In this document: positions 8,195-18,258 of the stretch, piece by piece
Numbering within the stretch: the first letter of the stretch is position 1
Layout: each line of letters begins with the position of its first letter
Source: Candidatus Asgardarchaeum abyssi
Lineage (GTDB): Archaea > Asgardarchaeota > Asgardarchaeia > Asgardarchaeales > Asgardarchaeaceae
Direction: 5' to 3'
NCBI GenBank assembly: GCA_040225955.1
Contig: JBECUL010000002.1
Location: 28,544-92,543, forward strand
Length of the DNA: 64,000 nt
The notes under the pieces: model-generated
What the model was told of the DNA's origin: nothing
Database searches by the model: none
The model's input: the letters and a program-made list of their open reading frames with translations, nothing else
Translations under genes and position numbers: made by a program

Positions 8195-10100
8195 AGTGGC
8201 GTTAGTTGGCCATCCTAATGTAGGTAAGTCTGTGATATTCAATGATCTAACTGGACTGAACGCCATAGTATCTAACTATCCAGGTACGACTGTTGAGGTC
8301 TATAGAGGAAGCATAAAGTGGAAGGGGTTCACTATCGAAATAGTGGATACGCCCGGCACTTACTCTATGACACCTTCAACACAGGCCGAAGAAGTAACCC
8401 GAAGAGTCATTCTCGAAGAGATACCTGATGTAATAGTTCATGTTATTGACGCTGTCAGTATAAAACGTCACCTTTACTTGACGCTTGAACTCTTAGAAAT
8501 AGGGATCCCATTAATACTTGTAGTGAATCAGATTGATAGAGCTGAAGCTCTAAAAATTAATGTTTCAAAGGAAGAACTGGAGAGCCTTCTCGGTATCCCG
8601 GTTATTATGTGTGTGGCTGTAAAGAGAGTAGGCATAGAAGCTCTCTTGGATAGCATTATAGAGTCTCATAAATGCAAGCCACCAGCTCATCCTAGATATT
8701 CTAAAACTCTTGAAAAATATCTGAAGCTTGTTGAAGAAGCACTTAGGGAGAAGCTTCCTCACAAACTTAAGCGCTTCAGTAGATTTATAGCAACGCAGGT
8801 AATTCTAGGAGATGAAGAATTCAAAGATTTACTCAGTCTCATACCTGAACATCTGAGAGCAGAAATACCTAATTACGGTAGACAGTTTATCTTAGAGCGA
8901 GTAAAAAAAGCAGATGATGTTTATGAGAAATCTGTTAACACAGAGAATGCAGAATGCATCAGGTTAACTAGGGTTGATTATATCTCGGTGAAACCGGTCT
9001 TTGGAATAATTGTTATGGCTGCACTCACACTAGCTGTGACATGGGCGACACTCGGACTGATACATATGGTAGGACATAGAATCCCAAGTATGTTTTACGA
9101 AAATTTTTACGATCCTTTCATTAGAAATCTCATTGAAGAATTGGTTCCTGAGGGACCAGTTCGTTATATACTCATTGGAGAGAAACCTGGTATTTACAGC
9201 TCACTAGGTCTACTGACAACAGGTGTGTTTTTCGTATTCTTTATGATACTTCCAGCGCTTATAGTTCTCTACTTTGTTCTGGGAGTGCTTGAAGATGCTG
9301 GAATCCTGCCGAGATTATCAGTTAGCTTTCATAAGCCTCTATGCAGGATAGGGTTGTCGGGAGATGCCGTAATGCCCTTAGTGACAGGTACTGGTTGCAG
9401 TATTGTTGGAGTACTGTCGACACGTATACTCAGAAATGATAAGAATAGGATGATAGCATCCTTTTTACAAGTCTTAGGAATTCCATGTATGGCGCAACAA
9501 GTAATGATATGGCGGGTTCTTGGCGATTACGGCTTAATATACATTCTTGTGCTTTATCTCCTCCTACTTTCTATCATTTTGATTACGGGACTTATCTTAA
9601 ATATGATTGTACCAGGTGAGGACACCATTCTTCTATTGGAAATACCTCCATGGAGAAAACCACAGTTAAGGAACTTGTTAAGGAAGACTTATACAAGGAT
9701 TTTGTCTTTCCTAAGGAGCGGTGTCCCTCTTGTCTTCTTAGGGGTACTCCTTGCAAATCTCATTTATTATACAGGAATAGTAACTATGATCGCAGAACTA
9801 CTTAGCCCAGTAATGTCAGGCTTATTCAAACTCCCTAGCGAAACTTGTGTTGCATTAATAATTAGTGTTTTAAGGAAAGACGTTGCAGTCGGTATACTAG
9901 GGGGATACAGTTTATCTCCGCTTCAAATGCTAACAGCAGTAACCGTGGTATCGCTTACTTTTCCATGTATAGGATCATTTGCAATTCTACTCTCTGAGTT
10001 TGGGATAAAGCGAACATTAAAAATGATGTTCTTAATGTCTATAATTTCCTTAGTAGTAGGCTCTCTTCTAGGAATCCTATCATCCATAGTAAACATTTAG
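8184..10100 (+). CDS. feoB: Ferrous iron transporter FeoB (second paralog)
   Basis: MRIKVALVGHPNVGKS, DTPGTYSM and NQID G-domain motifs plus a polytopic C-terminal domain. ATG 8184 overlaps the feoA stop. Confidence 0.9.
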   Translation: MRIKVALVGHPNVGKSVIFNDLTGLNAIVSNYPGTTVEVYRGSIKWKGFTIEIVDTPGTYSMTPSTQAEEVTRRVILEEIPDVIVHVIDAVSIKRHLYLTLELLEIGIPLILVVNQIDRAEALKINVSKEELESLLGIPVIMCVAVKRVGIEALLDSIIESHKCKPPAHPRYSKTLEKYLKLVEEALREKLPHKLKRFSRFIATQVILGDEEFKDLLSLIPEHLRAEIPNYGRQFILERVKKADDVYEKSVNTENAECIRLTRVDYISVKPVFGIIVMAALTLAVTWATLGLIHMVGHRIPSMFYENFYDPFIRNLIEELVPEGPVRYILIGEKPGIYSSLGLLTTGVFFVFFMILPALIVLYFVLGVLEDAGILPRLSVSFHKPLCRIGLSGDAVMPLVTGTGCSIVGVLSTRILRNDKNRMIASFLQVLGIPCMAQQVMIWRVLGDYGLIYILVLYLLLLSIILITGLILNMIVPGEDTILLLEIPPWRKPQLRNLLRKTYTRILSFLRSGVPLVFLGVLLANLIYYTGIVTMIAELLSPVMSGLFKLPSETCVALIISVLRKDVAVGILGGYSLSPLQMLTAVTVVSLTFPCIGSFAILLSEFGIKRTLKMMFLMSIISLVVGSLLGILSSIVNI

Positions 10101-10489
10101 TATATTTAAAGGCAATCATAAATAGAAAGTCTAACAATACCAGAATCAGTATTATTGCTATTATATGTTACTTAAAGTCAGAACACTAATCCTCTTTTAT
10201 AACGTGATTTTCATTCAAATAAGGCAATCTTTCTATCTAATATAGCTTACGTAAATGGTAAGCATGTGAAGATACTTATGAAAACAATGAGAGTTTCTAT
10301 AGCGATTTAGACATTAACGTCAGGGCTTCTTTTATCCAATTTAACTGAAAATTCAAGAGTGAACTGTGAGTTATTGTAGTAATTAAGAAAAAATTGTCCA
10401 CTTTTTTATCGTCGTAAAAATGCGTGTCAGGTGGAGTATAGTCGTGATGTATCGTCATTGGATGCGAGAATAACATTTTCAATTTAGTA

Positions 10490-11002
10490 ATGGGGTGCCT
10501 TATTTCGAAAGATGAGCTGTATGACCTTTTGGTCATTATAATCTCGGTGCTCTGCACAGTACTATTACACAGTTCTATCCCACCAAGAATTAAAAAGGCA
10601 AATCTCACCCATGGACATTATCTTTCTGAATTACTACGGAGCTTTATTTTTCAAAAGGGGCTGAAACTTGGTTTTTTAAGGCATATTTTTTACAAGTGCT
10701 CGGATAAATCAGAAAAACATAAGGAAATAGAACTAGAGGTAACAGGGCCTAATTCTTTCTCTTCAAAAGACAATAAGATAGCAATATATGGCTATCACAA
10801 AGGAATATATTTACTCGACATAGACAAAGAAACAATAGATTCCCTATTTACAACCAAGGGAGATCCAAAAACGATTAAGTGGTCCCTCACTAGCAAATAT
10901 CTATTAGCTGTAGATACTAAGAAAAATGTATATGTAATTAATGCTGATGGACGCTTGTTAATAGGTCTAAAAGGCTTAGATGCATGCTGGTATCAAGCGT
11001 AA
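10490..11002 (+). CDS. Hypothetical protein, possibly a gene remnant with a beta-propeller-like C-terminus
   Basis: 170-aa ORF. Only the C-terminal half looks protein-like (IAIYGYHKGIYLLDIDKETIDS...YLLAVDTKKNVYVINADGRLL). It overlaps an antisense ORF and lies in a gene-poor stretch. Confidence 0.25.
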   Translation: MGCLISKDELYDLLVIIISVLCTVLLHSSIPPRIKKANLTHGHYLSELLRSFIFQKGLKLGFLRHIFYKCSDKSEKHKEIELEVTGPNSFSSKDNKIAIYGYHKGIYLLDIDKETIDSLFTTKGDPKTIKWSLTSKYLLAVDTKKNVYVINADGRLLIGLKGLDACWYQA

Positions 11003-11180
11003 TACTAAAATATCTATCGTCGTAAGGTAGCTGGTGAGGAAATTTCAGTTCATTAGCTATGTATATATAGTTAGATTTTTATCTGCACTATTATATTTGA
11101 TGAGATGTCAATTTGGTAAAGTATATCATTTATAGGAAAAATGATTTTAATACCACTTTTCGCAGCCCTACTAATGCCTT

Positions 11181-11243
11181 ATTATATTCTATCTGATGAT
11201 TAATCCATAATGTGGATTAAATGACATAAAGATAGAACTAGAA
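11181..11243 (+). repeat. Copy 2 of the 63-nt direct repeat: displaced, inactivated 3' fragment of a paralog of gene 3244..3759
   Basis: Same reading frame as copy 1, but TGG is replaced by TAA (ATT AAT CCA TAA). Weaker similarity extends about 30 nt upstream. There is no ORF around it. Confidence 0.75.
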
Positions 11244-11483
11244 AATGAGTTAGGGCAAGTAAATATTCTTGTAATCGTATTTTGTTGTAGAGTAATTTTA
11301 TTCACCAACAATATATCCGAAGTTGCCATAAATATCGTAGGACACTATAAATATATAGTAAAATTTTTATTATAGTAAAAAAATTTACTATCAAGAGTAA
11401 ATATTATGGCGATTTGCACGAATAAAAATGTTCAAATAAGTAAAAATAGTGATTGTCTTTCAGAATGATACGGGGTTACTAAA

Positions 11484-13271
11484 TTGGGTACTTTCAGAAC
11501 TTTATTTTCATACGTAATGAGGCACAAAACCGAATTTGTGATTAGCCTAGTCGCTATGCTTTTTACCGTGTTTTTATCTCTAATACCTCCTCAACTTTTT
11601 AGGTTAGTTGTTGATGATGCTATTCTTATAGGTGATTCTAGAAAGCTCATAATATACTCCTCTGCAATAATAGCTCTCTTTCTTTTTATGGGAATCTTTA
11701 GTTATATTAGAAGATATTACGCTCAAAAGCTTAGCCAGAAGGTTCTGTATGATCTTCGAAATGATTTATACAGTCATTTAATGAATATGTCTTTCAGTTT
11801 CTTTGATAAGCGTCGCACCGGTCAGCTCTTGTCAAGAGTTACGTCAGATGTAGAAAACATACGATTTATGTTGTCAATGGGATTCATTATGATGATCTAT
11901 TCGGTTCTATCGATAAGTTTAACTTTTACAATACTGTGTTCTATGAACCTTTTTCTTGCAGTAATAGTTTCGATCCCATTCCCATTTTTGCTATATGGTG
12001 CCTATAGATATAATAAGATAGTTCGTCCAAAATTTTATGAAATTCGTACTCAATTTGGAAAACTGACTTCGATAATCCAACAAAATATTACTGGATCTGC
12101 AGTGGTTAAGGCATTTAATGCTGAAGAATTGGAAATTAAAAGATTCGCGGAGAAAAATGAAGAGTATCTCAGAATGAACATCAATGTTGCGAAAGTTCGA
12201 GCAAAATACATGTCAGCGTTGATTTTTATAGTTGGTGTGAGTGCTCTCTTAGTATTTTGGGCAGGTGGAATTTTAACGATTCAAGGAGTCATAACATTAG
12301 GAACGCTAATTGCGTTTTATGGATATATTATGCAACTTGTTATGCCAGCTAGATTTCTAGGGTTTTTAGTTTCATTCTATAGTCAAGCTATGGCTGCTGG
12401 TGAAAGGATACTTGAGATTCTCAATGAGAAGCCTACAGTCGTTGAGAAGCCAGACGCGATTGAACTTCCTCCAATTAAAGGAAACATTAAGTTTGAGAAT
12501 GTATCATTTAAATATGGCGATAAATGGATTTTAAAGAATGTGTCATTTGAAATTCCAGCTGGGAAAACTGTGGTAATTCTTGGAACGACCGGGGCTGGTA
12601 AGAGTACAATCCTAAAATTAATTCCTCGCTTTTATGATGTAACTGAGGGGCGTATACTGATTGATGGGTATGACATTAGAGATGTGAAATTGGAGTCTCT
12701 GAGAAAGCAGATAGGTATAGTTCCTCAAGACATCTTCCTCTTCTCTGGTACAATTCGTGAGAACATTGCATATGGGAAACCCGATGCTACAGAAGAGGAA
12801 ATTATTCGGGCTGCAAAATTGGCAAATATTCACGATTTTATAGTTTCCCTACCTAACAAGTATGATACAATTATTGGAGAGCGAGGGGTGACTCTTTCTG
12901 GAGGTCAGAGACAAAGAGTAGCTATTGCAAGAGCTATTTTAACAGACCCCCGGATCTTGATACTTGATGATGCCACCTCTAGTGTTGATGTTAAAACAGA
13001 ATACGAAATTCAAAAAGCACTAGAACAGGTTTTGAAGGGAAGAACATCCATCATAGTTACGCAACGAATGTCTGTTGTTAAAAAAGCAGATATGATAATC
13101 GTACTTGATAGAGGACGAGTTGTTGGTATAGGGACTCATGACGAATTATATCAGAAGAATCCGGTATATACAAAAATCTTTGATGCTCAGTTGATTGGGG
13201 CAAGGGCTCCTAAGCTAGCAATTGCTAATGATCACTTTAGAAGAGCACTAAGAGAATCTCATGGTGAATAA
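11484..13271 (+). CDS. ABC exporter, fused permease-ATPase half-transporter (MdlB/MsbA-type)
   Basis: Six N-terminal TM helices, Walker A GTTGAGKST, signature LSGGQRQR, Walker B ILILDDATSSVD. TTG start. Confidence 0.9.
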   Translation: MGTFRTLFSYVMRHKTEFVISLVAMLFTVFLSLIPPQLFRLVVDDAILIGDSRKLIIYSSAIIALFLFMGIFSYIRRYYAQKLSQKVLYDLRNDLYSHLMNMSFSFFDKRRTGQLLSRVTSDVENIRFMLSMGFIMMIYSVLSISLTFTILCSMNLFLAVIVSIPFPFLLYGAYRYNKIVRPKFYEIRTQFGKLTSIIQQNITGSAVVKAFNAEELEIKRFAEKNEEYLRMNINVAKVRAKYMSALIFIVGVSALLVFWAGGILTIQGVITLGTLIAFYGYIMQLVMPARFLGFLVSFYSQAMAAGERILEILNEKPTVVEKPDAIELPPIKGNIKFENVSFKYGDKWILKNVSFEIPAGKTVVILGTTGAGKSTILKLIPRFYDVTEGRILIDGYDIRDVKLESLRKQIGIVPQDIFLFSGTIRENIAYGKPDATEEEIIRAAKLANIHDFIVSLPNKYDTIIGERGVTLSGGQRQRVAIARAILTDPRILILDDATSSVDVKTEYEIQKALEQVLKGRTSIIVTQRMSVVKKADMIIVLDRGRVVGIGTHDELYQKNPVYTKIFDAQLIGARAPKLAIANDHFRRALRESHGE

Positions 13272-13273
13272 AC

Positions 13274-15064
13274 ATGGGTTGGTATTTTAGGCAATTAAAG
13301 GACATTGAAGGTGTCGAAAGGAAATATTCAGATATTGAGATATTTAAAAAATTAATTAGGTATATAAAAAAGTACAAGTGGCGTCTTTTCCTAATTGTTC
13401 TTTCGATTATTGTCTCTTCGCTTGCCGGTCTTGCGGGACCTTATCTAATTATGATAGCCATAGATGAATATATTGCAAAAGGCGATTATCAAGGCCTTAT
13501 GGTTGTTGCTCTTCTGTATTTAACAATTTACATAATTTTCTTCATATCAAATTACGCCACTATCTATAATATTAACTATGTTGGACAGAAGGTAATTTTT
13601 GATCTACGGCAGGAGGCTTTTCAATATGTGCAAAATTTATCTATGGATTACTTTTCTAAGGTGCCAGCCGGAGATATAATTTCCAGGCTTACTAATGATA
13701 TAAACACTTTAAATCAAGTCTTGATATCTGGGCTTGTTAGTACAATCGCTGATATATTATCCCTAGCCGCAATAATTATCATTATGCTGTCTATTAATGT
13801 TCAACTCTCCTTAATTTCCTTTACCATAATCCCCCTATTAGTTCTTGCAACAATATTGTTTTCCAAAGTGATGAGAAAGATATATCGAGAAACACGGAGA
13901 ACAATATCAAAATTGACTTCTACTGTTGAACAAACAATAAGTGGTGTTCAGGCAGTAAAGATGTTTTCACGTGAAGAATCCACAATAGAGACCTTCTCCA
14001 GAGTGAATTTGGAAAACTATAGGGCGAATATAAGGGCTAGTAGAATTCTTGCAGCGTTCTACCCAGTTATAGACTTTATTAGTGCGATTGGAATTGCCCT
14101 TGTGTTATGGTTCGGTGGTTTACAAATTATAGGTGGGTCTCTCTCCATAGGTGTATTAGTCGCGTTTTTAAGCTATCTTAATCGATTCTTCCAGCCAATT
14201 GCTAACATTAGCCTCTTCTATAATAATATACAGAGTGCTTTTGCTGCAGCAGAGCGAGTTTTTGATCTTATAGAATCTCGGCCCAGCGTTAAGGAGAAGG
14301 AAGATGCAGTTCCTCTTCCTCCATTTTCTAATGAAATTAAATTTGAAAATGTATTTTTTGAATATGTGCCTGGCATTCCTGTAATAAAGAATTTTAATCT
14401 CACAATTAAGAAGGGGGAGAAAATAGCCCTTGTGGGCCATACAGGTGCTGGAAAAACAACAATTGCTAAATTACTGCTCAGATTTTATGACGTCACAAGA
14501 GGACGCATACTGATTGATGGCTATGATATTCGTGATGTAACACTTGCATCACTTCGAAGCCAAATAGCCATTGTTCTGCAAGAACCATTTCTCTTCAATA
14601 CGACTGTAAAAGAAAATATACGGTATGGTAACCCGAATGCCACAGATGAAGATATTATTAGAGTAGCAAAGGAGCTGAAAATACATGATCTTATAATGCG
14701 CCTACCACAAGGATATGATACCCAAGTTGGTGAGGGTGGCAAACTCCTCTCAACTGGAGAGAGACAATTAATTTCTTTTGCAAGAGCGCTTTTAGCGGAT
14801 CCTAGAATACTAATACTTGATGAAGCTACAGCGAGTGTGGATTCATATACAGAGCAACTAATCCAAGAGGGAATTAAGAGGCTGATGGAAGGAAGAACGG
14901 CCATTATAATAGCTCATAGGTTGTCCACAATAAGGAACGTTGATAAAATAGTACTTATGCATAAAGGGGAAATAGTTGATGTAGGCACTCATGAAGAAAT
15001 GCTGAGCAGAAATAATCTCTATCGGCAACTATATCAGATGCAGTTTCTTATTTCACAGAAATAG
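13274..15064 (+). CDS. ABC exporter half-transporter, partner subunit (probable heterodimer)
   Basis: Same architecture as the previous gene: Walker A GHTGAGKTT, degenerate signature LSTGERQL, Walker B ILILDEATASVD. It starts 2 nt after the previous stop. Confidence 0.9.
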   Translation: MGWYFRQLKDIEGVERKYSDIEIFKKLIRYIKKYKWRLFLIVLSIIVSSLAGLAGPYLIMIAIDEYIAKGDYQGLMVVALLYLTIYIIFFISNYATIYNINYVGQKVIFDLRQEAFQYVQNLSMDYFSKVPAGDIISRLTNDINTLNQVLISGLVSTIADILSLAAIIIIMLSINVQLSLISFTIIPLLVLATILFSKVMRKIYRETRRTISKLTSTVEQTISGVQAVKMFSREESTIETFSRVNLENYRANIRASRILAAFYPVIDFISAIGIALVLWFGGLQIIGGSLSIGVLVAFLSYLNRFFQPIANISLFYNNIQSAFAAAERVFDLIESRPSVKEKEDAVPLPPFSNEIKFENVFFEYVPGIPVIKNFNLTIKKGEKIALVGHTGAGKTTIAKLLLRFYDVTRGRILIDGYDIRDVTLASLRSQIAIVLQEPFLFNTTVKENIRYGNPNATDEDIIRVAKELKIHDLIMRLPQGYDTQVGEGGKLLSTGERQLISFARALLADPRILILDEATASVDSYTEQLIQEGIKRLMEGRTAIIIAHRLSTIRNVDKIVLMHKGEIVDVGTHEEMLSRNNLYRQLYQMQFLISQK

Positions 15065-15144
15065 TTTAGAAGCATGCTTGCAAATTACTACATGGCTAAT
15101 CACATGGGCAAAGAAAGTAAAGAGACGAAATAGTAGCTATCTTT

Positions 15145-16598
15145 TTATGATATTTTCCTTATCGAGCTTTTTCTTAGTCTGATAAAGTGAACTGTAACTG
15201 CTACTAAAACTATGCCTAAAGCAAAAAATCCCCATGGTACTAGAGGATTTAAGGGGTCTATATCAGAGCTGTCTAAGAATCCATCACCATCGGAATCGCT
15301 CTTATTGGGATCTGTACCCAGCTTGCTCTCCATCCATTTTCCGAGGCCATCATTATCTACATCTAATGAGACACATAGTACTACTATATTCCATTCCTCT
15401 GGTTTATTCTCCGGATATGCATTTCCAACTATGAAAATATCATCCTGATCGTCTATTACTGCACTTTTACCTTCAACGTACTCCCAATCGTTATTCCATG
15501 TTTTTTGCCAAAGCAAATTTCCGTTTGCGTCAAATTTCAACAAAAGTAAGTTTGTTACATATTCTTTCTTTACTGAGTTATACTCCTCACTAAATCCTAT
15601 AACGTAGACATTACCATTCCTATCCAGAACAGCATCGTATGCTTTATCGAAGTAGCCTCCATCCCACACCTTATACCACAATATATTTCCATCATTATCC
15701 AATTTTAGGACCAGTATATCATTAGCAAAAGTAGAATTAAGGCCTATATTGCCAATGACATATATGTTACCTGATTCATCGACAGTGACGCTAACTGCCT
15801 GACTGGAAGTTTCTTCAATATCAAAGCTCTTATTCCACAGGAGGTCTCCACCGGCATTATATTTTGACACTAGTATGTTAATTCTATCAACATTTTCCAG
15901 CTCTGTTTGACCAACAACATAAATGTCTCCGTTTTCGTCAATAGCTATATCTTGGTATCTATCGACGTATTTTCCTGAATATGTCCTCTCCCAAATGATT
16001 TCGCCCTCAGTACTTACTTTCATTAAAAGGCCATCGTGAATTCTATCTTCTGTTTCCTCATAACCAACAACATAAAGATTGCCATCATTTCCTAATATCA
16101 TACCACAGCCAAATTTAGATGGCCCTGCTAAAGATTTATTCCAAATAAGATTTCCATCTCTATCATACTTTAGCATAGTAATGCTAGGGGAATCCAAGTA
16201 CCAAGAGCGCGCAAGGACGTATATGAATCCATTAGAATCTGTTACTGCTGCAAGTCCCTTGTCTATATGTTTTCCACCCACGTTCTATTCCAAATAAGAT
16301 TTCCATTAGAATCGTATTTCAGGACCAGAATATCCGTGTTGTCGCTATCATTACTAAAAGAGGTTGTACTGCCTACTATGTAAATGTTATTATTATCATC
16401 TAACATAATGTCTAAACCTTTATTAACACCAGCTCCATACCAAGTAGTATAGTCGATAACATAGTTAATATTAGCATTGCTATTTGAAACAGCAGCCACA
16501 GAGATTGGCTGAGAAAATATCAAGATCAACAAAATAGACATTATGAGCAGATTTCTTAACCTCTGAAGACCGAACTCCAGTCCCCACATCTCTCTCAC
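15145..16598 (-). pseudogene. Surface-anchored SBBP-like beta-propeller repeat protein split by a frameshift (ORFs 16263..16598 and 15145..16281)
   Basis: The N-terminal ORF has a signal or anchor segment (LLIMSILLILIFSQPISVAAV) and a first repeat ending NGNLIWNRTW. The second ORF starts GGKHIDKGLAAVTDSNGFIYV and carries about 7 further repeats (DGN/GD.LW.K..), an Asp-rich Ca-binding-like segment DVDNDGL...DSDGDGFLD and a C-terminal TM. One extra G in the run at 16277-16279 would restore RTWGGKHID. Confidence 0.7.
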
Positions 16599-16765
16599 AA
16601 TGTTCTTTCTTTCTAATATCTATACCATTATTTTCATAATTGTTAAATAAAATTTTTGCAGAGTGAAGCAACTTCTTATAAATATGAAGTAAAAGGTTTT
16701 CATATATTTTCACATAAAAGTTTTTTACTTACCTTTAGAATTTATAAATAGATAAGGGGATTGTC

Positions 16766-17188
16766 ATGAAGTTAGAAAATGAAAAAATGGAACGAATTAG
16801 CGTAACTCTCCCAACGGATTTGATAAGCCGCTTGGATAATTTCATTCAAAAAACTGGATACCCGAGCAGATCCAAATTAGTTCAAGATGCGGTGAGGGAG
16901 TTTCTTGTTAAACACGAGGTTGCAGTATCTAAAGAGAAAAAGGCGATAGGCGCATTATTGGTGATTTTTAAGCATCATCCTCACAATGTTGAAACAAAGC
17001 TAACGCACATCCAACATCATTATGGTGATTTGATTCGCTCTACACTTCACATACATTTAGACGAGGCTAGATGCTTTGAAGTAATATCTTTAAATGGAGC
17101 TATAAGTGAAATGAAAGACTTAATGACTCAAATTCAAAGAGTGAAGGGTGTGCTACGGGTAGAGCTTTTCATAATGGAAGAATTGTAA
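16766..17188 (+). CDS. nikR: Nickel-responsive regulator NikR
   Basis: N-terminal ribbon-helix-helix (MERISVTLPTDLISRLDNFI...SRSKLVQDAVREFL). C-terminal metal-binding domain with His/Cys ligand pattern HHPH...HIQHHYG...HIHLDEARC. Confidence 0.85.
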   Translation: MKLENEKMERISVTLPTDLISRLDNFIQKTGYPSRSKLVQDAVREFLVKHEVAVSKEKKAIGALLVIFKHHPHNVETKLTHIQHHYGDLIRSTLHIHLDEARCFEVISLNGAISEMKDLMTQIQRVKGVLRVELFIMEEL

Positions 17189-17313
17189 CTGTAAGAGGCT
17201 TGGAGAAGAGTATCTTGGCAGCATATTATCTTTAAAGTACGAATTTTTACTAGTAGTAGATGCAACGTGATCTTTTCTTACAAGCCAGAATCTTAATATC
17301 CTGGATGATATAA

Positions 17314-17790
17314 TTATAGTGGTAACTCACTAATAGACTTTATTTCAAAGCGTGCCTTATTAACAATGGAAAGAAAATTTCGCTCTTTTATTATTTGGCC
17401 TAATTGTTTAATTTTTGTATCTTCTGTTAATAATATATCTGCGTTTTCAAGCGCAGCTGCTAAAATGGAGCAGTCTATATAGTCGTTATGAAATTCGTAA
17501 AGTTTTGTTGCAATATGATCTATTCTAAAATCATAAAAATGAACTATTTTGAACTTACCTGAAAGAGTTACAAATTGTAGAACGTTATGATACCTCTCTA
17601 ACAGCAACTTATTCTTCTTTGAAAAATGAAGAATTTTCCATTTAATTTCAAGAAGACTTAATGAATTTATTGAAGGGTTGAAATTCTCAATTATGGTTAG
17701 GAGTTTCTTTTCATCATCTTTCGTTAATTCGATATCTACTCCAAAGAGAGGAAGAAGGTATGTTGTATCTAAGAATATTTTATATTTCAT
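17314..17790 (-). CDS. vapC: PIN-domain toxin (VapC-like)
   Basis: IFLDTTYLLPLFG at the N-terminus and DCSILAAALENADILLTEDTKI near the C-terminus. It overlaps the upstream antitoxin gene by 11 nt. Confidence 0.75.
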   Translation of the reverse strand: MKYKIFLDTTYLLPLFGVDIELTKDDEKKLLTIIENFNPSINSLSLLEIKWKILHFSKKNKLLLERYHNVLQFVTLSGKFKIVHFYDFRIDHIATKLYEFHNDYIDCSILAAALENADILLTEDTKIKQLGQIIKERNFLSIVNKARFEIKSISELPL

Positions 17791-18034
17791 TTAAAGTGTC
17801 CTCCTTCATTTCCTTATGGATTTTTCTTCTGAGTTTCTCAAGTTCCTCTTTAGATATTTTAATTAGCTTTGGCATCTCTAGAAATTCTTTTGCAGATCCA
17901 ATTTTACGGATAGTAATTTCGCCTTTCTTACTGGATAATATTATGTAGTCACCAGGCTTAATTCCTGCCTTTTCTCTTATAGCCTTCCGTAGGACGATTT
18001 CTCCTTTTTTCCCAACCCTAGAAATTACAAGCAT
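17780..18034 (-). CDS. vapB: AbrB/SpoVT-family antitoxin (VapB-like)
   Basis: VGKKGEIVLRKAIREKAGIKPGDYIIL swapped-hairpin motif. 84 aa, directly upstream of the PIN gene. Confidence 0.75.
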   Translation of the reverse strand: MLVISRVGKKGEIVLRKAIREKAGIKPGDYIILSSKKGEITIRKIGSAKEFLEMPKLIKISKEELEKLRRKIHKEMKEDTLNEI

Positions 18035-18258
18035 AGATGCTCACCGATTTCTAATTCGAATTTTTATTTATATTCGTAATATTTTAATTTTTCCTAAATT
18101 TCTCATTTTTCCGATTTTTTTAAAATGTCTTTTTGCTTCATCAATATAATCACGGAATTTTTAATTATAATTAAATATTCTTTGATGTTGTATATAATTT
18201 TCTTAGAGAATTTATATTATATCATTTAAGTATTTTAAATAAAAAATAAGAGAAGGAG

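Noticed and set aside
10297-10608. 103-aa minus-strand ORF
   Set aside because: It overlaps the equally weak plus-strand ORF 10490..11002. It has no motifs or ribosome-binding site, and the region looks like decayed sequence.
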